DNA of 60,173 bases from a virus. Taxonomy: Duplodnaviria > Caudoviricetes. This document shows positions 28,235-37,813 of the stretch, in pieces. Position 1 is the first letter of the stretch. Every line of letters begins with the position of its first letter. Both the position numbers and the translations under genes were made by a program. Where the stretch lies: positions 1 through 60,173 of the IMG/VR virus record IMGVR_UViG_3300027769_001255; one strand, written 5' to 3'. A model generated the notes under the pieces. It ran no database searches. It was not told the origin of the DNA and saw only the letters and a program-made list of their open reading frames with translations.

Positions 28235-28383
28235 TGAAACGCTATACATTTCTTTTTGAAGATGGCAAAGAGTTCCATGTGATTGGATATAATTGGAACG
28301 ACGCATTTGGTCGCTTTCAAACAGTCTCTCATGTTTTGGGTCAGACTGCGGAAACAATCGTACACATTCAGGAGAAACAATGA
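28234..28383 (+). CDS. Hypothetical protein
   Basis: TGATG overlap. Confidence 0.55.
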   Translation: MKRYTFLFEDGKEFHVIGYNWNDAFGRFQTVSHVLGQTAETIVHIQEKQ

Positions 28384-28661
28384 TGGCCTGGTACAGTGAA
28401 AAAACACATCTGCCTAACATTGCCAGAGGCGTCAATACCGGATGCTGGGATGAATTCCGAGATGCTTGGTACACTGATTTGGAAAAGCTGACCACAGCTA
28501 ATACCAAGGACGAAGCTTTGCAAACGGCCAATGCCTATCTCAAATACTACGGCGCCAGGACCAAGATCACAGACGTGGGCTGGGACCTTGACAACAGGTG
28601 CTTCACTTGGGAAGTGCTTGACTTTGGTGGCCCGGTTGACAGCGCACGAGATTTCAGTTAA
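28380..28661 (+). CDS. Hypothetical protein
   Basis: AGGAG RBS, ATGA overlap. Confidence 0.6.
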   Translation: MMAWYSEKTHLPNIARGVNTGCWDEFRDAWYTDLEKLTTANTKDEALQTANAYLKYYGARTKITDVGWDLDNRCFTWEVLDFGGPVDSARDFS

Positions 28662-28693
28662 ACTACAAGCAAGTTCAAGATCAGGAGATCCAG

Positions 28694-29095
28694 ATGGATT
28701 TGACCACAGGTACACAGGTAGAAGTAACATACCGCAATGCCATGTATGACAAGAGGCACGTGTATGCCCGGCACATGCACATTCCGGAATTTGTTACCTA
28801 CACTGGTGCAGTATATCCTCGCCAGAAATGGCAAAGCCCTAAGACCCTGAACTTGACCACAGGTATGCCCGACTTTCCCTGGCGCGAATTGCAAGATGCG
28901 CAGATAGTTGAGGTACGAGCAGGCGACCAAAAGATCACTCCACTGGTAGAAGCAGTGTCGCAGGATCGGGTATGGGAAGTGGCAGGATCAAAGGGCAATG
29001 TGTACACTGTAACCGAGTCAGCAGGCAAGCGAACTTGCACCTGCACTGGATTCACCTTTAGACATTCGTGCAAGCATATCAACGAGGTAAAGTGA
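28694..29095 (+). CDS. SWIM zinc-finger protein
   Basis: GSKGNVYTV..CTC..F..CKH. Confidence 0.8.
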   Translation: MDLTTGTQVEVTYRNAMYDKRHVYARHMHIPEFVTYTGAVYPRQKWQSPKTLNLTTGMPDFPWRELQDAQIVEVRAGDQKITPLVEAVSQDRVWEVAGSKGNVYTVTESAGKRTCTCTGFTFRHSCKHINEVK

Positions 29096-29448
29096 TGGCA
29101 AAGATAATCAACATCAATCCAAAGTCCAACAGACTTCTGCATATTGACGAGTGGAAGCATTACGAAAATATTCCCGAGCATACTCGAGGTGCGCTACTGC
29201 GCTATCGAGACAAGGGATATGAACCTGGTAGCTTTTTGGCAAGTGTCCTGGCCAATGACCTTATGGGTGCGGTGTCTCGAGCCGACAGCGAAAATAAACA
29301 TGTGCTCAAAGAAATATGCAATTGGATCTACATGCGCATGCCCAGTTCTTCTTGGGGCAATGCTGACAAAGTAGAAACATGGATCAGCCATGCTGGTGCA
29401 AGCGGATTGTTGGATAAAATCAATCAAGAGGCAGAACAAGATGTTTGA
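29095..29448 (+). CDS. Hypothetical phage protein
   Basis: PGSFLASVLANDL, WG motif. Confidence 0.75.
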   Translation: MAKIININPKSNRLLHIDEWKHYENIPEHTRGALLRYRDKGYEPGSFLASVLANDLMGAVSRADSENKHVLKEICNWIYMRMPSSSWGNADKVETWISHAGASGLLDKINQEAEQDV

Positions 29449-29824
29449 AACTTTGGTTTGGATTGGGATAGGCGCCGCGATTGTGGCCGCACTTGCTGTT
29501 GGGTTTGGCCTAGGGCTAAAGATGACCTTGAATGCTCTTAGCAACATGGAGCCAGAGAAGTTCATTGATGTAGTGCAAGGGCTTCGTGCGGCCAATGAAG
29601 AAAATCCAGGAATGGACAAGATAAAAGACATCTTGCCAAAGCCCAATGTTCGCATCACAGTCACAGCGGCCAATAATGCGCTACTGGCACATGATGCTGA
29701 AACTGGAGAATTTATTGCACAAGGCATGGACAGCCAGGAACTGATACTGAGTGCGCTAAAGCGTTTTCCTAACAAGATGTTCACTATTGCCATTGAAGAT
29801 AACTCAGTGGAGGTATCATCATGA
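29441..29824 (+). CDS. Membrane-anchored hypothetical protein
   Basis: N-terminal TM, FIAQG motif. Confidence 0.7.
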   Translation: MFETLVWIGIGAAIVAALAVGFGLGLKMTLNALSNMEPEKFIDVVQGLRAANEENPGMDKIKDILPKPNVRITVTAANNALLAHDAETGEFIAQGMDSQELILSALKRFPNKMFTIAIEDNSVEVSS

Positions 29825-30573
29825 ATTGGGAAGACTTAGTCAGCGCGGCCAGCAAAGAAAAGATCAGGGTCATTCCTGTCACGCATCCTTGGTGGGGAAA
29901 GTTCATATGCAAGATTGGAGTGCATACCAAGTCCGAATCCTACGATCGAAGAGGCTACAGCGGACGAAGCGGTAGAGCATCATTATGGGCTCTAAGATCC
30001 GACCTGCTGTCTAACCCAGACCAGAATGTCGGCCGTGCACGTATTGAAAATCATCACATGGGATTGTTTTTTGAAACAGCAGAAGATGCTGCCTTGACAC
30101 TGGACTATCTTTTGACATTACCAGATGACACTTATTCAGTTACTGAACTGCATTGCCCTATCAACCAACTTCACACAGAAACCATGAATGCAGATTTCCC
30201 AACACAGGTCAGACCAACTCTATTCCAGGATCGATATCGCTATCGTATCGTAGCCACAATTCCGTGGGGCATGAGAACAGACCCGTCGCGTCTTGACAGC
30301 ATGATGGATTCTTGGTTGGAATGGGAAAAGAAAAAGGATGGCGAAATCTCGGATGGTTGCCGCTACAGGTTTGAAGCACGAAAGAAGAAAAGCAAAAACG
30401 GTTATGCCAACGCAGGCATTATGAGTTTTTACACAGACGATCAAGAGTTAAGTTTCATCATGCGACTCAGCTATCCGGAGTTTCACAAGACAACAGAAAA
30501 AGCAGTCACACTCAAGGAGATTGAAGATGCAACCAGAGACAGAGCGGAAACCACACAAGAGCAGTCCGTTTAG
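29821..30573 (+). CDS. Hypothetical protein, paralog of 55848..56594
   Basis: Shared blocks incl. RYRYR(I/V)V. Confidence 0.75.
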   Translation: MNWEDLVSAASKEKIRVIPVTHPWWGKFICKIGVHTKSESYDRRGYSGRSGRASLWALRSDLLSNPDQNVGRARIENHHMGLFFETAEDAALTLDYLLTLPDDTYSVTELHCPINQLHTETMNADFPTQVRPTLFQDRYRYRIVATIPWGMRTDPSRLDSMMDSWLEWEKKKDGEISDGCRYRFEARKKKSKNGYANAGIMSFYTDDQELSFIMRLSYPEFHKTTEKAVTLKEIEDATRDRAETTQEQSV

Positions 30574-30718
30574 ACTTTGGGTTCAAGAAATATATTTCTT
30601 GAACAGGGACGAACGCCTGTTGCATCAAGAGTCAGAACTTAGGCTAGAAGAATATTGGCGCATGTACAAGTGGTGGCTCAAACGTGAGTACGTGCATCAG
30701 CAGAGACGTTCCGTCTAA
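30527..30718 (+). CDS. Hypothetical protein
   Basis: AAGGAG RBS; FRLWV..YKWWLKREY. Confidence 0.65.
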   Translation: MQPETERKPHKSSPFRLWVQEIYFLNRDERLLHQESELRLEEYWRMYKWWLKREYVHQQRRSV

Positions 30719-30722
30719 TCAA

Positions 30723-30912
30723 CGGATACTGTGACCCGCAGGATGAGAAGTGGTGTGATAGCCAAGGGTGGTTCCAGTCCTACCAAACTGGCGCTGGCAA
30801 TGCGAGAATCTTTCCTGGTCGGGAAGCGGGTGGAAGGCACGTGTGATGGTTCATTGTTCGCAAGGACGCATGGGTTTGATGTGCTACAATTACCGCCGCA
30901 GGAAAGGAGCCT
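30723..30912 (+). ncRNA. Candidate structured non-coding RNA
   Basis: Intergenic, GC-richer, nested stems CTTTCCTG/CAGGAAAG, GGCACGT/ATGTGCT, GTTC-GCAA-GGAC, CCAGT/ACTGG. Confidence 0.45.
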
Positions 30913-30915
30913 TTG

Positions 30916-31029
30916 TAAGTCATTGATTTCATTGAAGAAATTATTTTGTAGAAATCTGCTAAGTCATTGATTTTGCTGTGGTTTTTTTGCAACAAAACGG
31001 TTGACCTATGTGCCCAGATCGCTTATACT
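30916..31029 (+). promoter_or_regulatory. Early promoter cassette copy 3
   Basis: 2x TAAGTCATTGATTT, TGT-N12-ACA (30977-30994), TTGACC-17-TATACT. Confidence 0.8.
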
Positions 31030-31060
31030 ATAAAAACAGTAAGGACACAGGAGAACACAA

Positions 31061-31462
31061 ATGGCTTATATTTCCGCAAAAGACGTGGCAGCTATCCGCA
31101 AAGAACTCAAGGATCAGCTTCCAGAATTCAAGTTTAGTGTACGCAAAGGCTCAGGTAGCCTCAGCGTTGATGTTACCATCAAGAGTGGTCCTTCAGACTT
31201 TTCAGATGTTACTGCTCACGGTCTCGGCTACGGTCAGGTCAATCAGTACTACCTGAGCAATTATCTCGGCCACGAGCCATTGCTGACCAAGATCAGCGAA
31301 ATCATGCACAATGCTCCTGGTCGTGCAGGCGGTAAGGTCTACTTTGATGAGAGCGATGCGATGACTGATTATTTCCATACCGCATTCTACACTCATCTGC
31401 AGATTGGTTCATGGAACGACCCCTACGTTTGCACTCAACCCGCACTTAAAAAGGCCGCTTGA
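31061..31462 (+). CDS. Hypothetical phage protein (LPD29-like)
   Basis: IRKELK..P.FKFSVR, DAMTDYF. Confidence 0.7.
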   Translation: MAYISAKDVAAIRKELKDQLPEFKFSVRKGSGSLSVDVTIKSGPSDFSDVTAHGLGYGQVNQYYLSNYLGHEPLLTKISEIMHNAPGRAGGKVYFDESDAMTDYFHTAFYTHLQIGSWNDPYVCTQPALKKAA

Positions 31463-32142
31463 TGTCTGAGGAACCCAAACCTCGTGTGGTTTTCAACACT
31501 ACAGCAGAGAAAGCCTGGGCCGCCGCAGTGGCGGCTCAGCGCATCAACGGTCGCTATGTCAAAGCCGGAGAATATGCAGTTGATGCACACAACAACCCCA
31601 TGCCTACCAACAAAGAGGTCATGGTAGAATTGCTGACTGCACCAGGCAACGACCTGGTCACCCGGGAGGACATTGAGCAAGGTAAACAAGCACGTGAGTG
31701 GTTCCAGGGTCAGCTGTTCAACCTCTTGGGCGGCACTTTGAATGAGTTTATGCAGAAGGCCGCCGAGGTTGCTGTCAAGGAAGAAATCAATTTAAGAGTA
31801 GACTCCGGTATGGTGGCATGCTTGCCTGCCACATGGCAACGTGCCACTCAAAAAGAACGAGTGCGAGATATTGTAAACGAAAGCTCAAGTGAACACGTTG
31901 GTTCACTTACTGAAAAAATCACACGCATGATAGAGGTGCTTGAAGTCAAGCCTGGCGTGAGTTTTTCTGGTTGGTTGGTCACTGCTACTGACGGTCACAA
32001 TATCCTACGCTGGTGCTCTAGTATCCAATTTACTGGCGGAGAAGCTGTTCGCATACAAGGCAAGGTTAAAAAGCACGACCATGACAGAGAAACCAGCAAG
32101 CCAGTGACTTGGTTAAACTATGTCAAAAAGCTGACTGAATAA
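31462..32142 (+). CDS. Hypothetical protein with OB-fold-like C-terminus
   Basis: GKVKKH...TWLNYVK. Confidence 0.65.
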   Translation: MSEEPKPRVVFNTTAEKAWAAAVAAQRINGRYVKAGEYAVDAHNNPMPTNKEVMVELLTAPGNDLVTREDIEQGKQAREWFQGQLFNLLGGTLNEFMQKAAEVAVKEEINLRVDSGMVACLPATWQRATQKERVRDIVNESSSEHVGSLTEKITRMIEVLEVKPGVSFSGWLVTATDGHNILRWCSSIQFTGGEAVRIQGKVKKHDHDRETSKPVTWLNYVKKLTE

Positions 32143-32170
32143 ATATCCATAGAATAAAAGGAATCATTCC

Positions 32171-33079
32171 ATGGATAAAACTCCTAACAATATTGCACTC
32201 TGGGCCATGCATCGTGCAGGTAGCACACATTTTGGTCAGCGACTGGCTTCAAGTCTGGCAGAGGTCTACGGAAAATATCCTGCGGTATCAAATTTAGGAG
32301 AAGCAACAGGTGCATCTGGAATTGTTTCAACCAAGCTCAATGGCAGTGGAATTTGGGCAGAGCTAGAAGGACATTTGTCTTTGGGAGCCGAATTTGTTAG
32401 CACTCATATTCGATGGGAATTTGACAAAGATAAAAATCTAATATGTGAAAATCATATGGGATCCATCAACTATGAAATGCATAGACGCATAGGTCTTATA
32501 AAATTGTCTGAATGGAAAAATCATTTGGTTCTTAGGAACATGCGATGGCCAAAAATGAATCATATCAGTATGGAATATGATCGTGCATTTGTTGCTGGAG
32601 ACTTTCATCATGTGGTGCTATGGCGGCGAGATCTATTTGATTGGATATGCAGTCGTTTTATCTTCCGTGTAACAGGAACACCGCATGGAATGAATCTTCA
32701 ATATGATGATGTTGAATATAAATTTGCAGAAGAGCGTATGGCTGATGAATTCATGTCTAAACTGAGAGGATATATTTTTAGTTTCCGTGATAGTTTGGAT
32801 TGTTTACCAAAAGAACGTACACTAATGGTTGAAACAACAACAATCAATAATGTACAGCAATTAAATTGGCTGGATCAAACAACACTCGAATTGATTGATC
32901 CACTTTCAATTCATCGAGGTGCAACTGTTTGGAAATCAAAGACTACCAATGAACGAGTACGCCCTGTGGACATGATAACCAACGAGACTAAAGAAAAATT
33001 CAAAAAGTGGACAGACAACCTTAACGAGGAACTGGATTGGTCCAACCTTGACTATAATACAGGATTAAAACTAGCATAG
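32171..33079 (+). CDS. Sulfotransferase-like P-loop protein
   Basis: HRAGST resembles 5'-PSB RSGST; LGE; LWRRD..S; AT-rich; TAAATA upstream. Confidence 0.5.
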   Translation: MDKTPNNIALWAMHRAGSTHFGQRLASSLAEVYGKYPAVSNLGEATGASGIVSTKLNGSGIWAELEGHLSLGAEFVSTHIRWEFDKDKNLICENHMGSINYEMHRRIGLIKLSEWKNHLVLRNMRWPKMNHISMEYDRAFVAGDFHHVVLWRRDLFDWICSRFIFRVTGTPHGMNLQYDDVEYKFAEERMADEFMSKLRGYIFSFRDSLDCLPKERTLMVETTTINNVQQLNWLDQTTLELIDPLSIHRGATVWKSKTTNERVRPVDMITNETKEKFKKWTDNLNEELDWSNLDYNTGLKLA

Positions 33080-33155
33080 TCCTTGTAGCTCAGCTGGATA
33101 GAGCATCGGTTTCCTAAACCGAGGGTCGCATGTTCAAGTCATGCCAAGGACACCA
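33079..33155 (+). tRNA. tRNA-Arg (anticodon CCT)
   Basis: GTCCTTG/CAAGGAC acceptor, TCGGT-TTCCTAA-ACCGA arm, TTCAAGT loop, encoded CCA. Confidence 0.93.
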
Positions 33156-33229
33156 CTTTTGGTGTTAACACCAATTGACATACAGTTGGTATTACGTTAC
33201 ACTATAAAATATGAGAAAAGGAAAATAAA

Positions 33230-33826
33230 ATGACAGACGACGTAGATGACCTTGACAGCATACTCGACGACATGGATTCGGGTAGCAAAAAGCCTACATT
33301 GAGTACTGCCGGAATTTTTCTTTTCGCCGAGGAATTCACTGCTGAGAGCACAAGCAAAGCTATCAAGTTCATTATTGAACGAAATCTCCTGCCTAAGAAA
33401 GATCGCTTGGGTAATCTTACTTTGATTATCAATAGCCCAGGTGGAGACCTTAACAGCGCATTTGCCTTGATTGATATCATGAAGGGTAGCAAGATTCCTA
33501 TCCATACACTTGGCATTGGACAGATATCCAGCTGTGGCCTGTTGACCTTTATGTCAGGGCAAAAAGGTTTCAGAACTATCACACCTAATACCAGCATTTT
33601 GAGTCATCAATACAGCTGGGGCAGTTATGGCAAGGAACATGAATTGATTGCACGTATCAAAGAGTTTGACCTGACAGGCGAACGCATGCTCAATCACTAC
33701 AAGAAATGCACAGGTCTTAGCGAAAAGGTAATCAAAGAAATATTGATGCCGCCACAGGATGTTTGGCTCAGTGCCAAAGAGGCTGTCAAATACGGTATCG
33801 CTGATCAAGTTAAAAACACCTATTAA
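33230..33826 (+). CDS. Second, divergent ClpP-family protease
   Basis: INSPGGD, ISSCG (Ser), LSHQ (His), DVWLSA.EA..YG..D. Confidence 0.88.
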   Translation: MTDDVDDLDSILDDMDSGSKKPTLSTAGIFLFAEEFTAESTSKAIKFIIERNLLPKKDRLGNLTLIINSPGGDLNSAFALIDIMKGSKIPIHTLGIGQISSCGLLTFMSGQKGFRTITPNTSILSHQYSWGSYGKEHELIARIKEFDLTGERMLNHYKKCTGLSEKVIKEILMPPQDVWLSAKEAVKYGIADQVKNTY

Positions 33827-33836
33827 GGTAAACAAC

Positions 33837-34238
33837 ATGACAATGCATCTTGTAGGTCCTTATCTAACCACTACCAATCTCAAGAAGCGCAAAAACATCA
33901 AGTTCAAAAGCGCAGAACACAAAGCCAAGTACATGGCCGAACAAGAAGCTTGGGCCAAACTTCTCAAGAAGCACAAGGTTGACCCTGACAGTCTTGCCAA
34001 GCGCAAACGCAACAAGGTTGAACCTTGGGTGCCACAGCCAAAGACAGTTGTGCGAGAGGTTGCTGAAGTGTCCTCATCAAAGGTCGATCATGGCATTGTA
34101 CCTGGTACTTGTGCTAAACCTGCACCAAAGATCTACACAGGCAACAAGTTGATTGGCATCGCTACTATGCACAAGAGCAACATGGTTCCTGTGTTCAAGA
34201 TGGAAGACGCAGAAGATATCGCTAGGATGCGTCGATGA
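33837..34238 (+). CDS. Conserved T4-like-phage hypothetical protein
   Basis: YTG..LIGIATMHKSNMVPVF...ARMRR. Confidence 0.75.
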   Translation: MTMHLVGPYLTTTNLKKRKNIKFKSAEHKAKYMAEQEAWAKLLKKHKVDPDSLAKRKRNKVEPWVPQPKTVVREVAEVSSSKVDHGIVPGTCAKPAPKIYTGNKLIGIATMHKSNMVPVFKMEDAEDIARMRR

Positions 34239-34474
34239 GATATTACTGTTACAACGAGTATGATCCTGATTCACCTAGAGCTAATGGTACTGATGGATAT
34301 GTAGAAACTTTGTCCGAAGAAGAAATTCGTCAACGGTACTGGCCATATTGGTACGGTAAGATGTGTGAGAAATTTGGCAAGGATCATGTTGACGCCAACT
34401 ATTGCTTTGAGGATTGCTTAGATGATTGGATAGTGGTCAACTGGGCATGGGAGTCAACAGATGAAAAAAGCTAA
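34235..34474 (+). CDS. Hypothetical protein
   Basis: ATGA overlap. Confidence 0.7.
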   Translation: MRYYCYNEYDPDSPRANGTDGYVETLSEEEIRQRYWPYWYGKMCEKFGKDHVDANYCFEDCLDDWIVVNWAWESTDEKS

Positions 34475-34670
34475 ACAATTCAACTATGCTGTAGGCCATT
34501 ATTGGGATGGCAACAACGGATCAGTGGGTGTGTATGCTTACCATAGCGAAGTGCATTATGGCACAATGGAAGACGCACAGAACTTTCTCGAATATGTACG
34601 AGGTCAACAAAAGACCGAAGTAGAAAAAGCCAAGTACAAGATTTTCCAATTGATCGAGGTACCAGTATGA
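34461..34670 (+). CDS. Hypothetical protein
   Basis: GGGAG RBS, overlap. Confidence 0.65.
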   Translation: MKKAKQFNYAVGHYWDGNNGSVGVYAYHSEVHYGTMEDAQNFLEYVRGQQKTEVEKAKYKIFQLIEVPV

Positions 34671-34984
34671 ATAAATTTGGTATCAAGTTTCACGGGAAAC
34701 GCCCTCCAAATTATGAAAAAGTATATGCACAGGTCAACAAAGAACTATGTGGATTATACAATGATCTTAGAGGAAGACCCGAAGGCTTGATCTTCCACAC
34801 AGTGATATTGACCAAAGACTTTGATGGCCCCACAGTGTTCTGTTGGGGCGATCCAGAAGAACCAGGCGTATTCCAATGCGAGTATTCACACCAAACACAA
34901 TGGGTAACATTAGATGACCAACCAACAAGCACCTCAAAACGTCGTACAATATCTCATCCTAGGCCTCCTAAAGGAATGGTATAG
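34667..34984 (+). CDS. Hypothetical protein
   Basis: ATGA overlap. Confidence 0.6.
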   Translation: MNKFGIKFHGKRPPNYEKVYAQVNKELCGLYNDLRGRPEGLIFHTVILTKDFDGPTVFCWGDPEEPGVFQCEYSHQTQWVTLDDQPTSTSKRRTISHPRPPKGMV

Positions 34985-35141
34985 CGCCGGAAAGACTCAT
35001 GCATCCTTGCACGAACTGTATGAGTCACTGGGTGTTGATTATACACAAGACGAATTCAACGAGCATTTTGAAATCAGTCAGCGTGTGCTAGAAATAGAAG
35101 ATGAACTGATTCAGGCCGGTATTGGCAACCACATTCAATAA
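34914..35141 (+). CDS. Hypothetical protein
   Basis: ORF fills gap before radical SAM gene. Confidence 0.5.
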   Translation: MTNQQAPQNVVQYLILGLLKEWYSAGKTHASLHELYESLGVDYTQDEFNEHFEISQRVLEIEDELIQAGIGNHIQ

Positions 35142-35161
35142 GTGTGTAGATAAATATCATC

Positions 35162-36109
35162 ATGAAAGCACTTATACACAACAGTCCCGAGCACTCTGAA
35201 TGGTTCGTAGTCAATTGGTGTCTAGGAAACACATGTAATTTTTCCTGTACCTATTGTCCAGCCATCTTGCACGACGGTTCAAACGCATGGCCTGAACTTG
35301 AAGTTATTAAGAAATTCATTGACCGCGTGTATCAACAAAAGCCAGGAAAGAAATTGGCATTTGAATTCACAGGTGGTGAAGTCACAGTATACAGACACTT
35401 TGAGGAACTGTGTAACTTTATCAAAATGCGAGGTGGTGCTGTACTGTTTATCAGCAATGGCAGTCGTACCTTGCGTTTCTGGGAAGGAATGAAGGGCAAG
35501 GCTGACCATGTTTGCCTGAGCTATCATGCCGAAGAAGGTGATCCGGATCATTTCTTCAAAGTGGTTGAAACATTACATGACAACATGAAAGTTCACGTGA
35601 ACGTGATGATGCATCCGGATCATTGGGCAACATGTATGGATCTCGCCGAACATGTGATAACTGTTCCAGGTATCACCATTGCGATCCAACCGCTCATACA
35701 CGATTTTGGTGACAAGGTGTTTGATTACGAACCCTGGCAACAGGTGGTGTTCAAGGAACAATACCGTTTGTTCCAGTCTAGGATCACGCCGTCAGATGGC
35801 AAAACAGGATTTTCTGTTAGAGGGGCCATGCGCGAAACACAGCGCGGTCAACCCAGCAAAGTGGTACAGCCACACATATTGATCTCTGAAAACAAAAACG
35901 ACTGGTCTGGTTGGAGTTGTGCCGCTGGCGTTGAACAGATCATTGTTGATATGGATCGCACTGTATGGCGTGGCTGGTGTCGAGAAGGCGGCCTGATTGG
36001 CCGGATCGATGATCCAGAATTGAAGTTGCCAAATGATTGGGTTAACTGCGGAAAGAAATTTTGTCACTGTAACTTTGACATCATGTGTACCAAACTGGAG
36101 CCAAAATAA
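35162..36109 (+). CDS. Radical SAM protein with C-terminal twitch/SPASM-like domain
   Basis: CNFSCTYC, FTGGE, SNGSR; C-terminal CAAG..WC..C..CHC..D..C. Confidence 0.9.
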   Translation: MKALIHNSPEHSEWFVVNWCLGNTCNFSCTYCPAILHDGSNAWPELEVIKKFIDRVYQQKPGKKLAFEFTGGEVTVYRHFEELCNFIKMRGGAVLFISNGSRTLRFWEGMKGKADHVCLSYHAEEGDPDHFFKVVETLHDNMKVHVNVMMHPDHWATCMDLAEHVITVPGITIAIQPLIHDFGDKVFDYEPWQQVVFKEQYRLFQSRITPSDGKTGFSVRGAMRETQRGQPSKVVQPHILISENKNDWSGWSCAAGVEQIIVDMDRTVWRGWCREGGLIGRIDDPELKLPNDWVNCGKKFCHCNFDIMCTKLEPK

Positions 36110-37155
36110 TGGCAGAAGCGGCAAAATATATATTGGGAATCACACAGGATGGGCGAGAATTAAACCTCGCTGTGGAAGATGTTGTAGGCAGACAGTTGAA
36201 TCGATTCCTTGGTTGGACATGTAATGCCGGTGTTCAGACTTTATACATAGACTATGATGGCAGTATGTGGGTAGCAAACTGTGCAGGTAGTCACATGAAT
36301 CCTAATTTCCTTTCCAAAGACATAACCAAGGAATGGGGATATGTCGGAGACATCTTCAAAGACACTTACAAGTGGCCTAGCGGACCTACGATATGCCCTT
36401 TTACCAGTTGTGGCTGTGGTGCTGACATCTGTGCCAGTAAAAATTCACAGCAGGTAAAAATACCAGCTAACTCTGTTAAAAATATAAATCCTGTTACAAG
36501 TGATACCGAATTAGTTTCTCTTAGTATGAACTATCACTGGCCCAAGCACATATTATGGGACATTGGTCGTTGGTGCAATTATTCTTGTTCTTATTGCTGG
36601 GATTGGGTGCATAACAAAACTGATCCACACAAGAAACTTGATGTGATGAAACGTGTGGTTGATCAGGTACACGACAATTGGTCTGGACCAGAAATGATAC
36701 GCTGGAGTTTTGGCGGCGGCGAACCTACAGTTAATCCAGATTTCTTACCACTGGTTGAATATATCAAAAGTCGCGGAGACTATGTGCTTACTGTTAGTAA
36801 TGGTAGTCGCAATCCCGAATACTATGCCAAGTTGGCTCGTGTAGTGGACTGCATACAGCTCAGTGTGCATTTTGAATATTGGAAGAGCGACAACTTTGTG
36901 CTTAACGTAGACACAATACTCAGGGCATTCAAAGAACAAGGGCACGGATGGATGGATGTCAAAATCATGTGCAAGCCAGGTCTTGTGCAAGAAGGTATTG
37001 ATTGGCGCAACAAGTTCAACGGCATGATTGATCAGGTGGTAGCAGGCGGCCGTTGGCTGGGTTATGCTACTTGTGTACCTATTAGAGACAAAGACGATGG
37101 CGGAGAACTGGTAGGTTACTCACCAGAAGAAGCCGCACTACTAAACGATGGCTGA
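36109..37155 (+). CDS. Radical SAM protein with N-terminal twitch/SPASM-like domain
   Basis: N-terminal CNAG..NC..C..CGC..D..C; then CNYSCSYC, GGGEPT, SNGSR. Confidence 0.9.
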   Translation: MAEAAKYILGITQDGRELNLAVEDVVGRQLNRFLGWTCNAGVQTLYIDYDGSMWVANCAGSHMNPNFLSKDITKEWGYVGDIFKDTYKWPSGPTICPFTSCGCGADICASKNSQQVKIPANSVKNINPVTSDTELVSLSMNYHWPKHILWDIGRWCNYSCSYCWDWVHNKTDPHKKLDVMKRVVDQVHDNWSGPEMIRWSFGGGEPTVNPDFLPLVEYIKSRGDYVLTVSNGSRNPEYYAKLARVVDCIQLSVHFEYWKSDNFVLNVDTILRAFKEQGHGWMDVKIMCKPGLVQEGIDWRNKFNGMIDQVVAGGRWLGYATCVPIRDKDDGGELVGYSPEEAALLNDG

Positions 37156-37810
37156 CATGTCAAAGAAAATACTCATCCTTGGTGCCAGCAAAGGTATCGG
37201 GGCATGCTGTGCCGATCATTTTCAGAACAAAGGACACACTGTTATCACAGTGGCTAGGACTGGTAATATGACACTACCTGGTGATATTACCAAACCGGAT
37301 ATCAGGAATCAAGTTCTTGCACAAGAAGTAGATGTGGTAGTCAACTGCATAGGTGGCTGGGGCAACCAACCTTATGCACATGCTATGCATGTGAATGCAG
37401 GAGTAGCTGTAGATCTCATGATGCGCTTCTACGATAACCTTGCCGCAGGATCTCATATCATTAACATATCTTCCTTGGCCGGTAACTTTACATCTGGCTG
37501 GGAAAATATGTCAGCCGAGCGTGTGGTATACATGGCCAGCAAACAGGCCATGAGTGCCGCAACCACTGCACTGGCACAAAGCAAACGCAGAGACATCAGG
37601 GTAACCACAATCGAACCTGGTGAAGTGCATCCGACTTCGTTTGGCCCCAATAGACAAGTGCCAGACTCAAATTATACCAATTTTCAATTTGAGAGCTTTA
37701 CTCCATATCGCCCACAGGACATTGCAGATGTTGTGGATTGGGTGATATCAAGTCCTCCATGGTTTGGCATCAGCAGGATAACTCTCAACAATCACTGCAA
37801 GAAAGGGTGA
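37148..37810 (+). CDS. Short-chain dehydrogenase/reductase
   Basis: GASKGIG, NISS, YMASK (YxxxK), IEPG. Confidence 0.88.
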   Translation: MADMSKKILILGASKGIGACCADHFQNKGHTVITVARTGNMTLPGDITKPDIRNQVLAQEVDVVVNCIGGWGNQPYAHAMHVNAGVAVDLMMRFYDNLAAGSHIINISSLAGNFTSGWENMSAERVVYMASKQAMSAATTALAQSKRRDIRVTTIEPGEVHPTSFGPNRQVPDSNYTNFQFESFTPYRPQDIADVVDWVISSPPWFGISRITLNNHCKKG

Positions 37811-37813
37811 GTA

